Shown here one piece after another: positions 17,723 through 27,474 of a stretch of DNA of 64,000 bases (positions within the stretch are counted from its first letter, which is position 1; each line of letters begins with the position of its first letter). Source of the DNA: Dehalococcoidia bacterium (lineage in GTDB: Bacteria; Chloroflexota; Dehalococcoidia; Bin125); the NCBI GenBank assembly GCA_963663895.2, contig CAXXRD010000002.1, positions 576,001 through 640,000 on the forward strand, given 5' to 3'. The position numbers and the translations under genes were made by a program. The notes beneath the pieces were generated by a model. It had not been told where the DNA came from and made no database searches. It worked only from the letters and a program-made list of their open reading frames with translations.

Positions 17723-18961
17723 CTACGGCACCGCGAGCGTCTGGTCGCCCGGCGAGATGACCCAGAGGAAGTCGCCGGGCATGATGGCGAAGTCTTCCCG
17801 TCCGCGGCGGGGAACGTAGGGGACCCAGCCGGCTTCCGTGCCCAGGAACTTCCAGGCACTGATCACCAGGTCCCCGAAGAGATCGGCCGCGCTGGCCTCA
17901 AAGGTCGCTCTGACGAACTGCCCGCCCGCCCTGAGGGGCAGCACGTAGGGCTCGCCGTCCGGCTCGCCCGCCAAGACCTCGATCACCGCGGAGGCTTCTC
18001 CCGTGGTCACGACGAGCCGCTGCGGCTCGTCGCCCGGCGTGAGCGTGGGCGAGGCGATGTAGACCAGATGCACGGACCCGCCCTCGGTGATGCCCCAATT
18101 CCTGCTGACGGCGGAGCCGCCAATGGAATCGAGGTCCGGGACCCCGCGCCCGGCCGGGAAGACCAGCAAGCTCCGCCAGGTTTCCCGCGGGATCGCGATG
18201 ACGATCCCAGGGTTGACGCCGAGATCCTGGAACGCGACCACGGTGCCGTCCGCTACCGCGTTGAACTCCGTGTCATAGAAGGTGACCCGGACCCAGACGG
18301 TGCCGCCGGGAGCGACCCGCGTCTGGAACGCGTCGCCCACCCGTTCGGGCCGCGGAAAGCTGGTGACGTGCGTGCTGTGCACCGCCACGCCCGCGTCGGC
18401 TGGGTCGTCCGTCTCGTCTCCCGAGCCGTCCATCTCGCCACCGGAATCCTCGCCCGGGTTGCCGATGACGACCCTGATGAACTCAGTCAGTGCGCTAAAG
18501 CCGGACCGGACGACCGTCACGCGCGCCTCGTGCTGCGAGCCGGGCTCGGCGCCGTCGGCGGCGGCCAGCGTGACGAAGTAATCGCCCGGCCGGCTGGCCG
18601 CGGCGGCATCAAGGATGGGAAGCACGCGCAGCCTGCTGCCGATCTCGTTGCTGACGTACAGCTTGCGAAAGGGGCCTTCCAACAAGCCGGTCACGCCAAC
18701 GCCGTTGGCGTCCTCCACCCGGACCGTCCAGCGCTTGGGCGGATTCTCCTCGCCGGGAGCGCCGAGCGGCAGCACCGTCCGCTCCGCCGGCGTCACCGTG
18801 ATCGTTTCCGGATTCAGGGGCGGATCATCGCCGTTCGAGGCCGACGCCGGCATGGAGTGCATCCCGGCGTTCAGGGCCATCCCCGCGCCCAGCCACGTCG
18901 CCAGCGCGATCAGCGCGAGAACCCAAACGGCGAGCCCTTTCCGTGTGCGATCGCGCTTCAT
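17723..18961 (-). CDS. Secreted hypothetical protein with the shared C-terminal surface domain
   Basis: Signal peptide; ends LPLRAGGQFV...AADLFGD.VISAWKF...WVPYVPRRGREDFAIMPGDFLWV. Confidence 0.8.
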   Translation of the reverse strand: MKRDRTRKGLAVWVLALIALATWLGAGMALNAGMHSMPASASNGDDPPLNPETITVTPAERTVLPLGAPGEENPPKRWTVRVEDANGVGVTGLLEGPFRKLYVSNEIGSRLRVLPILDAAAASRPGDYFVTLAAADGAEPGSQHEARVTVVRSGFSALTEFIRVVIGNPGEDSGGEMDGSGDETDDPADAGVAVHSTHVTSFPRPERVGDAFQTRVAPGGTVWVRVTFYDTEFNAVADGTVVAFQDLGVNPGIVIAIPRETWRSLLVFPAGRGVPDLDSIGGSAVSRNWGITEGGSVHLVYIASPTLTPGDEPQRLVVTTGEASAVIEVLAGEPDGEPYVLPLRAGGQFVRATFEASAADLFGDLVISAWKFLGTEAGWVPYVPRRGREDFAIMPGDFLWVISPGDQTLAVP

Positions 18962-19135
18962 GAGCGGTTTTCCTCAAGCGAACACCGCCACCCGGATCCA
19001 TGCGGACGGATCCCGGCCGGGCGGCGCGGCCCATTCCCTCCAGCAATCATAGGAGATGCGCGCCGGGACGCCATGGTCCTTCCGGCAGCCGGGCGTCAGC
19101 GCGAAAGCGGAAGCGACCGGGCGAGAGGGTCGCGG

Positions 19136-19270
19136 CTACGCCGCCAAGAGCAAGACCGCCAGGCAGCAGATCAGCCAGGCGCTCAGGAGGCCCAGCGCCA
19201 GGGAGGCCAAGAGCATGGAGCGGGCCGGGGCGCTTCCTCCTCCCAGTGACCCGCGCATCGCCCGCCTCAC
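19136..19270 (-). CDS. Possible small membrane protein (44 aa)
   Basis: GGAGG RBS before GTG; C-terminal hydrophobic helix MLLASLALGLLSAWLICCLAVLLLAA. Confidence 0.4.
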   Translation of the reverse strand: MRRAMRGSLGGGSAPARSMLLASLALGLLSAWLICCLAVLLLAA

Positions 19271-19645
19271 AGAGTCCTCCCTGGAAGAGCCGCCCTCGCT
19301 CGACCTCAGAGAGGGGCCAAGAAGAGGACGAAGGTCAGCAGCAGAACGAACAGGAGCAGGTTGGATGCGCGCTTGAGGTACGCCACGGCCGGGTCGCTTT
19401 CGAGGTCTATCCAAGCGCTTGCTTGTCCGAAGGAGCACGCCGCCGGCCAGCGCCATTCCCACCACCACCCTACGCTTCCCTGCGGCGCTGTCTCGCCGCC
19501 GGGGTTAAGAATGGGGCCGCGCGCGGTTAACGATTCGCCGTGGGGACGGTTATGCGTCCCTTCTGAGCGGCCGCGGCACCGGATCTGCCGGCCGAAACGG
19601 GCGCGGATTCTTGGTCCGCAGTCCTCGGCGGTTCTCGGGGACGCC

Positions 19646-19888
19646 CTAGCCGCCGGGCGGGACCGCCCGCAGGGCCTGCTCCAACTCCTGCCCGGAGACC
19701 CCCGCGCGCTGCAGCTGCGGGGCGAGGGCGAGGGCCTCGCCGCCCGTGTCCGGGTCCCAGACGACCGGATGCTCCGGCAGCCCGGGGTTGTGGAAGACGA
19801 GGAAGGCGCCGTCCTCGCTGGACTCGGTCCAGCCGAGCGCCGCCAGCGCCGCGACGATCGCTGCCCGTTGCTCTTCTCGTTGCGCCAC
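19646..19888 (-). CDS. HicA-like small protein (putative toxin)
   Basis: 80 aa; IVAALAALGW...GAFLVFHNPG...QLQRAGVS.QELEQAL resembles HicA layout; canonical GSH His is absent. Confidence 0.5.
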   Translation of the reverse strand: MAQREEQRAAIVAALAALGWTESSEDGAFLVFHNPGLPEHPVVWDPDTGGEALALAPQLQRAGVSGQELEQALRAVPPGG

Positions 19889-19896
19889 AACGCCCC

Positions 19897-20217
19897 CTAG
19901 GCGGCCGCTTCGATCACGCGCCGCGTGCCCTTGCGCGAGAGCGTGAAGACGGATTGCTCGTCCGGCTCCTCGTCGAGCGTGAAGTCGATGTCGCGCTCGC
20001 CCATGAAGCCGAGCAGGGCGATGGCGCCGTTCCGCTTCAGCCGCCGCACCAGGGCCTGATGCATGGCGGCGTTGCGATCCGCGGCCTCGTCTTCCGTGGC
20101 GCCCCGCGAGACGATGCCGGTTTCCCTGCCCATGCAGAACCAGCCGTCACCGGCGGAGACGCAGGTAACGGTCACGGTGAAGAGAACCGTCATCGTGACC
20201 TCGCCCTGATCTGCCAT
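19897..20217 (-). CDS. HicB-like protein (putative antitoxin)
   Basis: DGWFCMGRETGIVSRGATEDEAADR matches HicB N-terminal pattern; GGAGAGG RBS. Confidence 0.55.
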   Translation of the reverse strand: MADQGEVTMTVLFTVTVTCVSAGDGWFCMGRETGIVSRGATEDEAADRNAAMHQALVRRLKRNGAIALLGFMGERDIDFTLDEEPDEQSVFTLSRKGTRRVIEAAA

Positions 20218-20399
20218 CCGCCCTCTCCGATCCGCGGCACGGATCGCCTGCTCACGCCGGCAGACAATAACAGAACCGTCACCGGCGATGCCGCCCGCAA
20301 GGTGGAGCGGTTGTCGGAGCCGGCGAAGCCGCGTTGGGGCCGCCGCGCGGCCCCGGTTTCCCGGGGGCGCTCGGCGCAAGCACGCCGAGCTGCAGCAGC

Positions 20400-20975
20400 T
20401 TACCGCGCGCGCACCGTTCTGGTCAGCGCCGTTCCGGCCAGCGCGACTAGCGCCGAGACGGCCAGGGCCGCCGGCAGCAGCGGGAAGCCGCGACTGGAGT
20501 CCGCCAGGCCGCCGCTGCCCGTGTTGGGCAGGGCCACCGGGGCTTCCACGGCCGGTTCCGGTACGGGCTCGGGATCAGGCTCCGGGGCCGTCACCGGATC
20601 CTCCGCTTCGGGCGCGGGGCTGGTCAGGTCCAGCGCCACGACGACGATCTCCCCAACGGCAACGGTGTAGGCCGGCGACGGGGAACTGCCGTCGATCGTG
20701 AAGGTGACCGTGGTGTGCTCCACAGACAGCGTGATCCCCCACGTGCCATCCTGGATCGTGCTCCGGCCGACGGCCACCCCGTCGACCCAGGCCCTCACCA
20801 CGGCCCCATCGGGGGCCAACGCCCCGTCGAGCCGCGCGCCGCTGTCGTCGATGCCGACCGAGCCGTAGAAATGGCTCGGCGGGACCGGCTGCGCCCCCAC
20901 GCTCGCGACCCACGCCAGCGCCAGCGTCGCAGCCAGCGCGGCGACAGCGCCGCGCCACATAATTCGCCTCCGCAT
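20400..20975 (-). CDS. Secreted protein with LPNTG sorting signal (paralog 1)
   Basis: Signal peptide, PPSHFYGS domain, PE-rich linker, ALPNTGSGGLA, TM helix, RTVRAR tail. Confidence 0.85.
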   Translation of the reverse strand: MRRRIMWRGAVAALAATLALAWVASVGAQPVPPSHFYGSVGIDDSGARLDGALAPDGAVVRAWVDGVAVGRSTIQDGTWGITLSVEHTTVTFTIDGSSPSPAYTVAVGEIVVVALDLTSPAPEAEDPVTAPEPDPEPVPEPAVEAPVALPNTGSGGLADSSRGFPLLPAALAVSALVALAGTALTRTVRAR

Positions 20976-21189
20976 GAGACTGTCCTTTCGTTCGCGCCGA
21001 CCGGGGGTCGCCCCAGGCCACCCCCTGCGAAGCCGCGCGCAGGGTAGCACCCGCCGGCGCGGCCGCGATGTCGTTCGCCGAACAGCCGCGCGCGAAAGGT
21101 TAACCGGCCTGCCGGCAGCGCAAGGAGCCGCCGAGACGTTAGAGTGCAAGGCCCGCCGGGGGAGCGCAGGATGAGCGGAGGGGCACACG

Positions 21190-21462
21190 ATGACGGCTCC
21201 GGATTTCCCCAGCGAGCGCCCGACCGAGCTGCCGATCGCCGAGCGGCCCGCCGAGCGGGGGGCCGTGCTCACGGGCGCCTCCCTCTGCGGGATCTGCCAC
21301 TTCGCCAAGGGCGAGAGCTCCTCCCGGGCGCCCGCCTCCTGGATCTGGGCGCACGGGCGCGAGGACCGCTGCGGCTGGGTAGCGGTCTGCCGCTTCTGCC
21401 GCACGCGCACCGAGCCGGCGGATCGGATCTGCGACCTGAGCAAGCCGGCGGCGCAGCACTAG
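21190..21462 (+). CDS. Small Cys-rich hypothetical protein (possible zinc finger)
   Basis: GGAGGG RBS; CGIC ... C ... CRFC ... C. Confidence 0.55.
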   Translation: MTAPDFPSERPTELPIAERPAERGAVLTGASLCGICHFAKGESSSRAPASWIWAHGREDRCGWVAVCRFCRTRTEPADRICDLSKPAAQH

Positions 21463-21539
21463 GGGCCGCGGCGATCGTTTCGCCGCACGCGCGCGCGTCA
21501 GCTCGGCGCTGGACTCCGGGCGCGGCCGCGCCCCTCCCC

Positions 21540-22789
21540 CTACTCCCCGTCCCCGTCCCCGTCCTCCTCCTCCGCCCCCTCGGGGACCGTCCAGACGACG
21601 GCGGCGCTGGTCGTGACGGCCAGCAGGTCGCCGGGGGCGATGGGGAAGTCGACGCCGCGCGCGTCGGCCGGCGCGTAGCTCTGCAGCCCTGCGACGCGTC
21701 GAAGCGCCAGATCGCCGTGACCTGGTCCACGATCGCGGCCACCGCGGCCGAGGCCGCCAGCGCCGGGCCGGGCCAGGTGATCAGGTTCGACCCCTCCGCC
21801 AGCGAGATGCTGGCCGCCTGGCCGCGCTCGGGCAGGGGCGCGCTGGCCCGCACGTCCAGGTCGATGGCGGCCACGTAGGCCCGCACCCGCACCCCGTCCC
21901 TGGCGCCGTCCAGGGTGAAGACGGTGCGCGCCAGGCCGTCCATCGTCTCGGCCGTGACCGGATCGAAGGCGGGCATGGCGCTGGGGGTCGCCCCCACGGC
22001 GCTGAAGTGCACCTGGTAGCCGCTGGGGACGGCCGCGCCGCCGCTGTCGGTGACCAGCGCCGCCACGTCGTAGGCGCCGGCCGTCTCCCGCGGCGTCAGC
22101 ACGAGCTGCAGCCGCGCCGCCGGCCCCACGATCCGGATGGCGGCGGTGGCCGAGAGCTCGCCCGCCTGGGCCGTGATCGTCACGGTTCCCGTCTCGGTCG
22201 CGTCCTGGGCCGAGACGTGGGCCGCCGCGCGCCCGCTGGCGCCGGTGACCCCGGACTCGCCCTCGCCGTGCTGCACCACGGTCACGCCAGCCGCGTCGGC
22301 CTGGAAGCGCACGGCGACGCGCGGCACGGGCCGCCCGCCGGCGTCGAAGAGCGAGGCCACCAGCGTGCCCGGCGGCGCCGCGAAGGGCGTGTCGCCCAGG
22401 TGGACGCGCCGCGCCAGCGCCGTCAGCTCCAGCTGCGCCGGGGGACCGTGCAGGGTCAGCGCGAGGCTGGCCGCGGCGGCGCCGGCGGCGGCGCCGAAGG
22501 CGCCCAGGGTGGTCGTGAGCGTCACCTGGGTGACGGCCGCCGCCCCCGTGCCGGGGCTGACCGTGACCGTGATCGTCGATTGGCCGCCGGCGGCGGCGAT
22601 CTTGGCGGGCGCCGCCGCCACGGCCCGCACCGTGGGCGGGGCCGCCCGCGCGGCGGCGGGCGCCAGCGCCAGGATCAGCCCGGCCGCCAGCGCCGCCAGC
22701 AGGATCAGGAGGAAGGGCCGCCCCCGTCCCGTCCGGGAAGGCGCCGGCCCGCCGCGCGCGGCGGCGTGCGTCGAGGGGCGCATGGGCAT
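21540..22789 (-). pseudogene. Secreted Ig-like/invasin-type protein with the shared C-terminal domain; 1-bp frameshift
   Basis: GGAGG-ATG at 22789, signal peptide, GQSTITVTV, D.GGRPV..V.V.F; after WRFDASQG a TG(G) lacks one base near 21685, and the shifted frame gives QSYAPADARGVDFPIAPGDLLAV...stop 21540. Confidence 0.8.
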
Positions 22790-23020
22790 GGCTGGGGCCT
22801 CCGTGCCTCCTGCCGCCCGGCGGTGGAGCAGTCTCCCGTCAGGGCGCCGGCGCCGTCCGCGGAGCGCGGGGCCCGGCGCGCTGACGGGAGCCCTCTCCAG
22901 GGGGCCGGGAGAACGGCGGGGGAAAAGACGGAGCGGCCTCGCCTGGGCCAGGCCGCTCCGCCCTTCCATCCCGTGACCGGGCGATCCCCGCGGGGACCGT
23001 CCGGTCTGCTTTACACGCGC

Positions 23021-23587
23021 CTAGCGCGCGCCGATGCCGGCGCGGCGGGTGACCGCCACGCCGCTCAGCGCGACCAGGGCCGCAACGACCAGGGCCACCG
23101 GCAGCAGCGGGAAGCCGCTGCCCGTGCCCGCCAGCCCGCCGCTGCCCGTGTTGGGCAGGGCGGCCGGCTGCTCCGGCTCGGCCGGCGGCTCGGCCGGCTC
23201 TTCCGGCTCGACCGGCTCGACCGGCTCGGGCGCCGGCGACGTCAGGTCGAGCGCCAGCGCGTTCATGCCGAACTGCTCCACGGCGTAGGCCATCGAGGGC
23301 GCGCTGCCGTCGACCGTGAAGGTGACGCGGTCGGCGTCGCTGCTCTGCACGATGATCTCCCACTCCCCGTTGGCGATGGTGGACGTGCCCACGTTGTCGC
23401 CATCCTGGTTCCAGGCCGAGACCACGCCACCGTCGCCGACCGCCTCGCCGTCCAGCGCGGCGCTGCCGTAGAAGATGTGCGGGCCCGGCGGGGGCGCCTG
23501 GGCGAAGGCGCTCGTTACGAGCGCGAGGGCCAGGGCGGCGGCGCTAGCAACCGCCAGCAAGCGCCACCCCTTACGAATACGAGCCAT
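23021..23587 (-). CDS. Secreted protein with LPNTG sorting signal (paralog 2)
   Basis: Signal peptide, PGPHIFYGS domain, PE-rich linker, ALPNTGSGGLA, TM helix, RRAGIGAR tail. Confidence 0.88.
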   Translation of the reverse strand: MARIRKGWRLLAVASAAALALALVTSAFAQAPPPGPHIFYGSAALDGEAVGDGGVVSAWNQDGDNVGTSTIANGEWEIIVQSSDADRVTFTVDGSAPSMAYAVEQFGMNALALDLTSPAPEPVEPVEPEEPAEPPAEPEQPAALPNTGSGGLAGTGSGFPLLPVALVVAALVALSGVAVTRRAGIGAR

Positions 23588-23641
23588 GAGTGTGGCTTTC
23601 CTTTTCTATCGCTCTTGTTGCCGCGTCCAGGAGTCCGCGCC

Positions 23642-23666
23642 GGGGGCCGCCGCGCGGGCGGCCCCC
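23642..23666. other. Perfect 10-bp GC hairpin between surface-protein genes (terminator or mRNA stabiliser)
   Basis: GGGGGCCGCC-GCGCG-GGCGGCCCCC; no U tract. Confidence 0.55.
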
Positions 23667-23690
23667 AGACACGGATCCGTTTCGCTTTCC

Positions 23691-25597
23691 CTAGCCGCCG
23701 ACCGTCTGGTCGATCGGCGAACTCACGAAGAGGATGTCGCCGGTGGCGATGCTGAAGTTCCCGCTCCGGCCCGGGATGTAGACCACATCCCACGCCCCCG
23801 TGTCCTGGTTGTACTTCCAGGCGCTGGTGACGGCGTCGCCGAAGAGGGCGGACGCCATCGTCGACGGCCCCTCGGCCGTGACCGCGTAGATGCGGCCGCC
23901 GGTCCGGAGGTCCAGCGAGATGGCCGCCGGGGCGGCGTCCGCGGCGGCGCCGATGGCCACCACGATCTCGTGCGCGACCTCGCTGTCGCCCACGGGGACG
24001 GTGACCAGGAAGACCGCCGTGCCGGCGCTGGACGGGGCGCGGTAGGTGAACGACCGCTGGCCGTCCGCCGTCATGGCGGTGCTCTCGCCCGCCGTCACCT
24101 TGCCGGATCCATCGATCTGGTCGAGGGTGGCGCTGACGGCGCCCACCCGCACGCCCTGGTCGTCCAGGACGGTGTAGGTGATCTTGGTGGTGCTCAGCGG
24201 ATCCACCGAGACGGGCGCGTCGCTCGTGATGCTGGTCGGCGCGCCGCCGACGCTGATCGTGAGCGTCACCTCGTCGGAGGCACTGCCGAGGGCGGCCGCC
24301 TTGACCGTGACCGTGTGTCCGCCGCGGCTGGCGTCGTCGGTCGCGTCGGCCGGCGTGCCGCCGCCCGGCGCCGACACCTGGATGACGCACTTGCCGTCGA
24401 TGTTCGTACCGGGGTTGGCGCCGATGTTGCCCTCGCTCGGATCGCCGTCGTCGGGATCCGCGTCAGGAGTGGGATCCGCATTGACCTGATCGTTACAGGC
24501 GGGGACATCGTTGGCCGTGCCAGGAAGGTTCCTGTCAAAGGCGAGGCTGTGGTCCACGATGATCGCGGCCGAGCCGGCCGGAACCTCCGGCGGCACCTTC
24601 GCGGGAGTCAGCGGCTTGCCGCTCTCCACGTTGGCGAAACTGCCCACCGTCGGGTTGCCGTCGGCGTCGACGATCGTCACGACGATGAAGGTCGAGCCAC
24701 CGATGCCGATCGTGCCCTGGTCGACCTCGGCGCTGATGCTGGCCGGGGTCCCGTGGAGGACCACTGCGACCGTCCGGCTGAGGTTCGAGGCCAGGTCGCG
24801 GAAGGTGACCTGCGCGGTCCCCGTGCTGCCGTTGCCCGTCAGGCGAACCTGGACGATCCCGGCCGGGTCTTCCGTCGTGGCGGGGTCGTTGTCATCCGCC
24901 TCGGCTGCCCGCGTCGTCAGCGTACAGGCGCTGACGTCCGCGCAAGTGGTGTCAGTCTTGGCATCGCCGGAGTTCAGAATGCCCCGCGTCGTCGTGACGA
25001 GCAGGTCCGTGCCCATGATGCCCTCGGCGCGGGCGTTCACGAGCTGCGCGCCGATGATGGTGCCGCCAGAACCGGCCGTGACGGTTCGATCGCCTGAAAC
25101 CGGCGACGAGCTGATCGCGGCGGCTGCCGGAGTGCCCCAGTTCTTGATCGCCACCGGCGGGTTCGCGGCAACGACGTTGATGGCGTGCTCGGTGGTGACA
25201 TCGAACTCGCCACCGGTGCGAGTTACGTGCTGGACGAAGATCTGATCCAGGGCGAATCTTCGTCGATGGTGACCCGCAGCTGGATACTCGCATCAGTCGA
25301 GACATCGCACCCGGTGTTCGCGCTCTCCCAACAGGAGATGCTCTGCGCGCCGTTGGAGAACGTCGCGGTTCCATCGCTGTCGGAGCTGATCCTGAAACGG
25401 ATCGGGGCCTGTTCTGTGCCGGTGAGGCCTGTGAAGCCCACTCCCACGCTGGAGCCGGGAGGCGCTGAGGCGGGCACCGCCTGCGCCTCGGCGGTCTCCG
25501 AGCTGGTGAGGACGACGCTGAAAGCGACGGCCAACGCCAGGGCGACAAGCGCCACGGCCCGCAGGCCCAGCCCTTTCTTCAAAATTGCTTTACTCAA
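23691..25597 (-). pseudogene. Large acidic Ig-like surface protein (S-layer candidate) with the shared C-terminal domain; 1-bp frameshift
   Basis: AAGGAGG RBS plus TTG, signal peptide ending AEA; adding one C near 25250 joins IDEDSP-LDQIFVQHV to the 23691-25154 ORF; T/A/G/D-rich. Confidence 0.82.
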
Positions 25598-25923
25598 TGC
25601 GTTCCTCCTTGTGAGAGGGATTCATACCTTCTGGATTCGTGCATGCCTGGGCATGCGGTGGGGTGGTGTGTTTGCTCTTGCCTTCCTCCTCTTCCGGGCT
25701 GGTCCGGGCGATCAGCCCGGCGGCTGCGGCCGCCCCCCGCCCAAGACGGGCGCGGCCAGGGAAAATCGGGCGGCGAACCGCCCCGGTTTGTGCGCCATGC
25801 TATGGGGAATACGCAGCGGGGTACAACGCGCCCCGCGACATTTTTTCTCCCTTTTTACCGCCGCTTCACCTTCCTGCCCGCGCGGCCGCGATCGGGCGCC
25901 GGGAACCCGTGAATCGGGGGTTA

Positions 25924-25964
25924 TTGCCCACAATCTGCCCACGGCTTTCCTCGGCTTATCCACA
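25924..25964 (+). promoter_or_regulatory. DnaA-box-like cluster
   Basis: TTGCCCACA 25924, CTGCCCACG 25935, perfect TTATCCACA 25956. Confidence 0.45.
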
Positions 25965-26355
25965 CCCGGCGCCCTTGCGCCCCTTGATCGAAGCGGCGGG
26001 GTGGGATGGGGCGGACGGCGGCTGCGCGATGCAGCAGGGGTCCCCGATGGGAACTTGGCCAGGATAGGGAAACGGGGCCGGGCGCGCTCGCGAACACTCG
26101 GCCACTCGTGCGAACCCGCGAGCGCGTGCGGGCTCGCACCCCGGCCGGCTCCGTGCTCGCGGTCTCGCGCCGGCCCGCCCGGGCCGTCAATCAAGGGGGG
26201 CTATTAACCACCTATTAACCAATAGCGCAATAGCGCCATGCCCGGGTCAACGGTAATCACCGTATGTCGAGCCTGCCCCGGCAACGGGCGCCATCCATGG
26301 CATAGCATCCATCGCATAGACTGTTGCGCGGCCTGCCGTATCCGGATGGTTTGCG

Positions 26356-26607
26356 ATGAGTTCGCTCGCCCAGGTCCACTTCGCCATCGCCGTCGCCGGC
26401 GCGATCCGCGCGCTCGACCCCGGCAGCCGCCAGGCGTTCCTCTTGCACCTGGACGGGGATCTCGGCCGGTTGGTGGGCGGCTCCCTCGGCGGCCCAGCGC
26501 ACACGGACACACGGGCGGATCTGCATGCGCTGTGGGCCGATCTGGAGGACGCGATCGCGCTCCTGGACGCCTACGCCGCGCAGCGGGCACAAGATCCGAC
26601 GGAATGA
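26356..26607 (+). CDS. Hypothetical protein (83 aa)
   Basis: Host-like codon usage, helical-looking sequence, GGATGG upstream. Confidence 0.5.
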   Translation: MSSLAQVHFAIAVAGAIRALDPGSRQAFLLHLDGDLGRLVGGSLGGPAHTDTRADLHALWADLEDAIALLDAYAAQRAQDPTE

Positions 26608-26731
26608 ACGCGCAGGAATGCTGATCGAGCGGCGGGCGGGGGAGGACGCCGCATCCCCTTCCTGTCCACCAGCACGGCGTGGCACAGAGAGCCACAGGCT
26701 CTCCCGTTACGGAGAGAATGAAAACATTCGG

Positions 26732-27184
26732 CTAGGGGATCGTCGGCGGTTCTAACGTCCGATCCGCAGAATGAATATCGATCTCCAGCAGTGAAACCTG
26801 CGGGTCGTAGGTCACGCGCCAATGATCCAGCACGTCACGGCCGAGCAGCGAAGGCAATGCCGCCATGTCTCGTCTTCTGAGCGGCATGATCTGGACCGTG
26901 CGGGAGTAGAAGTGGGCCGCGCCGCTGGCGTCCCGGAAGATGAGGACAGCGGGCTCGATAGAGCAGGAGAGCTTTCCTCCAATGCCGAAGGATTCAGCTT
27001 TCCCTGTCAGTTGGTCCTCTTGCACGCCGATACGAACTGCATCGGGAGGGCCAATGATGGACGTGTCTGCTCCCGTGTCAACGAGAAACGACACGACCCC
27101 AAGCAAATTCAGCCGGGGGAAGCTGAGGAGGCCCTCCACATATGGCCTCCCCGTGGTGTTTCCGAACCGTCCCCGCAGCGTCAC
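26732..27184 (-). CDS. Retropepsin-like aspartyl protease
   Basis: FLVDTGADTS catalytic motif and SLLGRDVL; GTGA overlap with the upstream gene. Confidence 0.88.
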   Translation of the reverse strand: MTLRGRFGNTTGRPYVEGLLSFPRLNLLGVVSFLVDTGADTSIIGPPDAVRIGVQEDQLTGKAESFGIGGKLSCSIEPAVLIFRDASGAAHFYSRTVQIMPLRRRDMAALPSLLGRDVLDHWRVTYDPQVSLLEIDIHSADRTLEPPTIP

Positions 27185-27474
27185 AGGATGAGAGTACGGG
27201 GGTCCTCGGTGATAAATCGCACGATGATCTTGGAGCGCGGCAGTCCCGCAGCGTCGACCTGCTTGAGTACCGCAGCCATTGTCCGCCCATGCGCGACCAC
27301 CTCTCCCCTATGGACGGCAACCCACTCCTCACGATACTCATCAATGAGGCGGGGATGATCAGCTGAGAGGGCGAGCGCACTTTCCCTGAACTCTTCCAGG
27401 TCCTGCCGGATACTCTCTGGTGATCCCACCTGCTGCATGGCCTCTGCAATGAGCTGAGACGCGGACATAGACAC
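27181..27474 (-). CDS. DUF5678-like small protein
   Basis: LIDEYREEWVAVHRGEVVAHG motif. Confidence 0.75.
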   Translation of the reverse strand: MSMSASQLIAEAMQQVGSPESIRQDLEEFRESALALSADHPRLIDEYREEWVAVHRGEVVAHGRTMAAVLKQVDAAGLPRSKIIVRFITEDPRTLIL

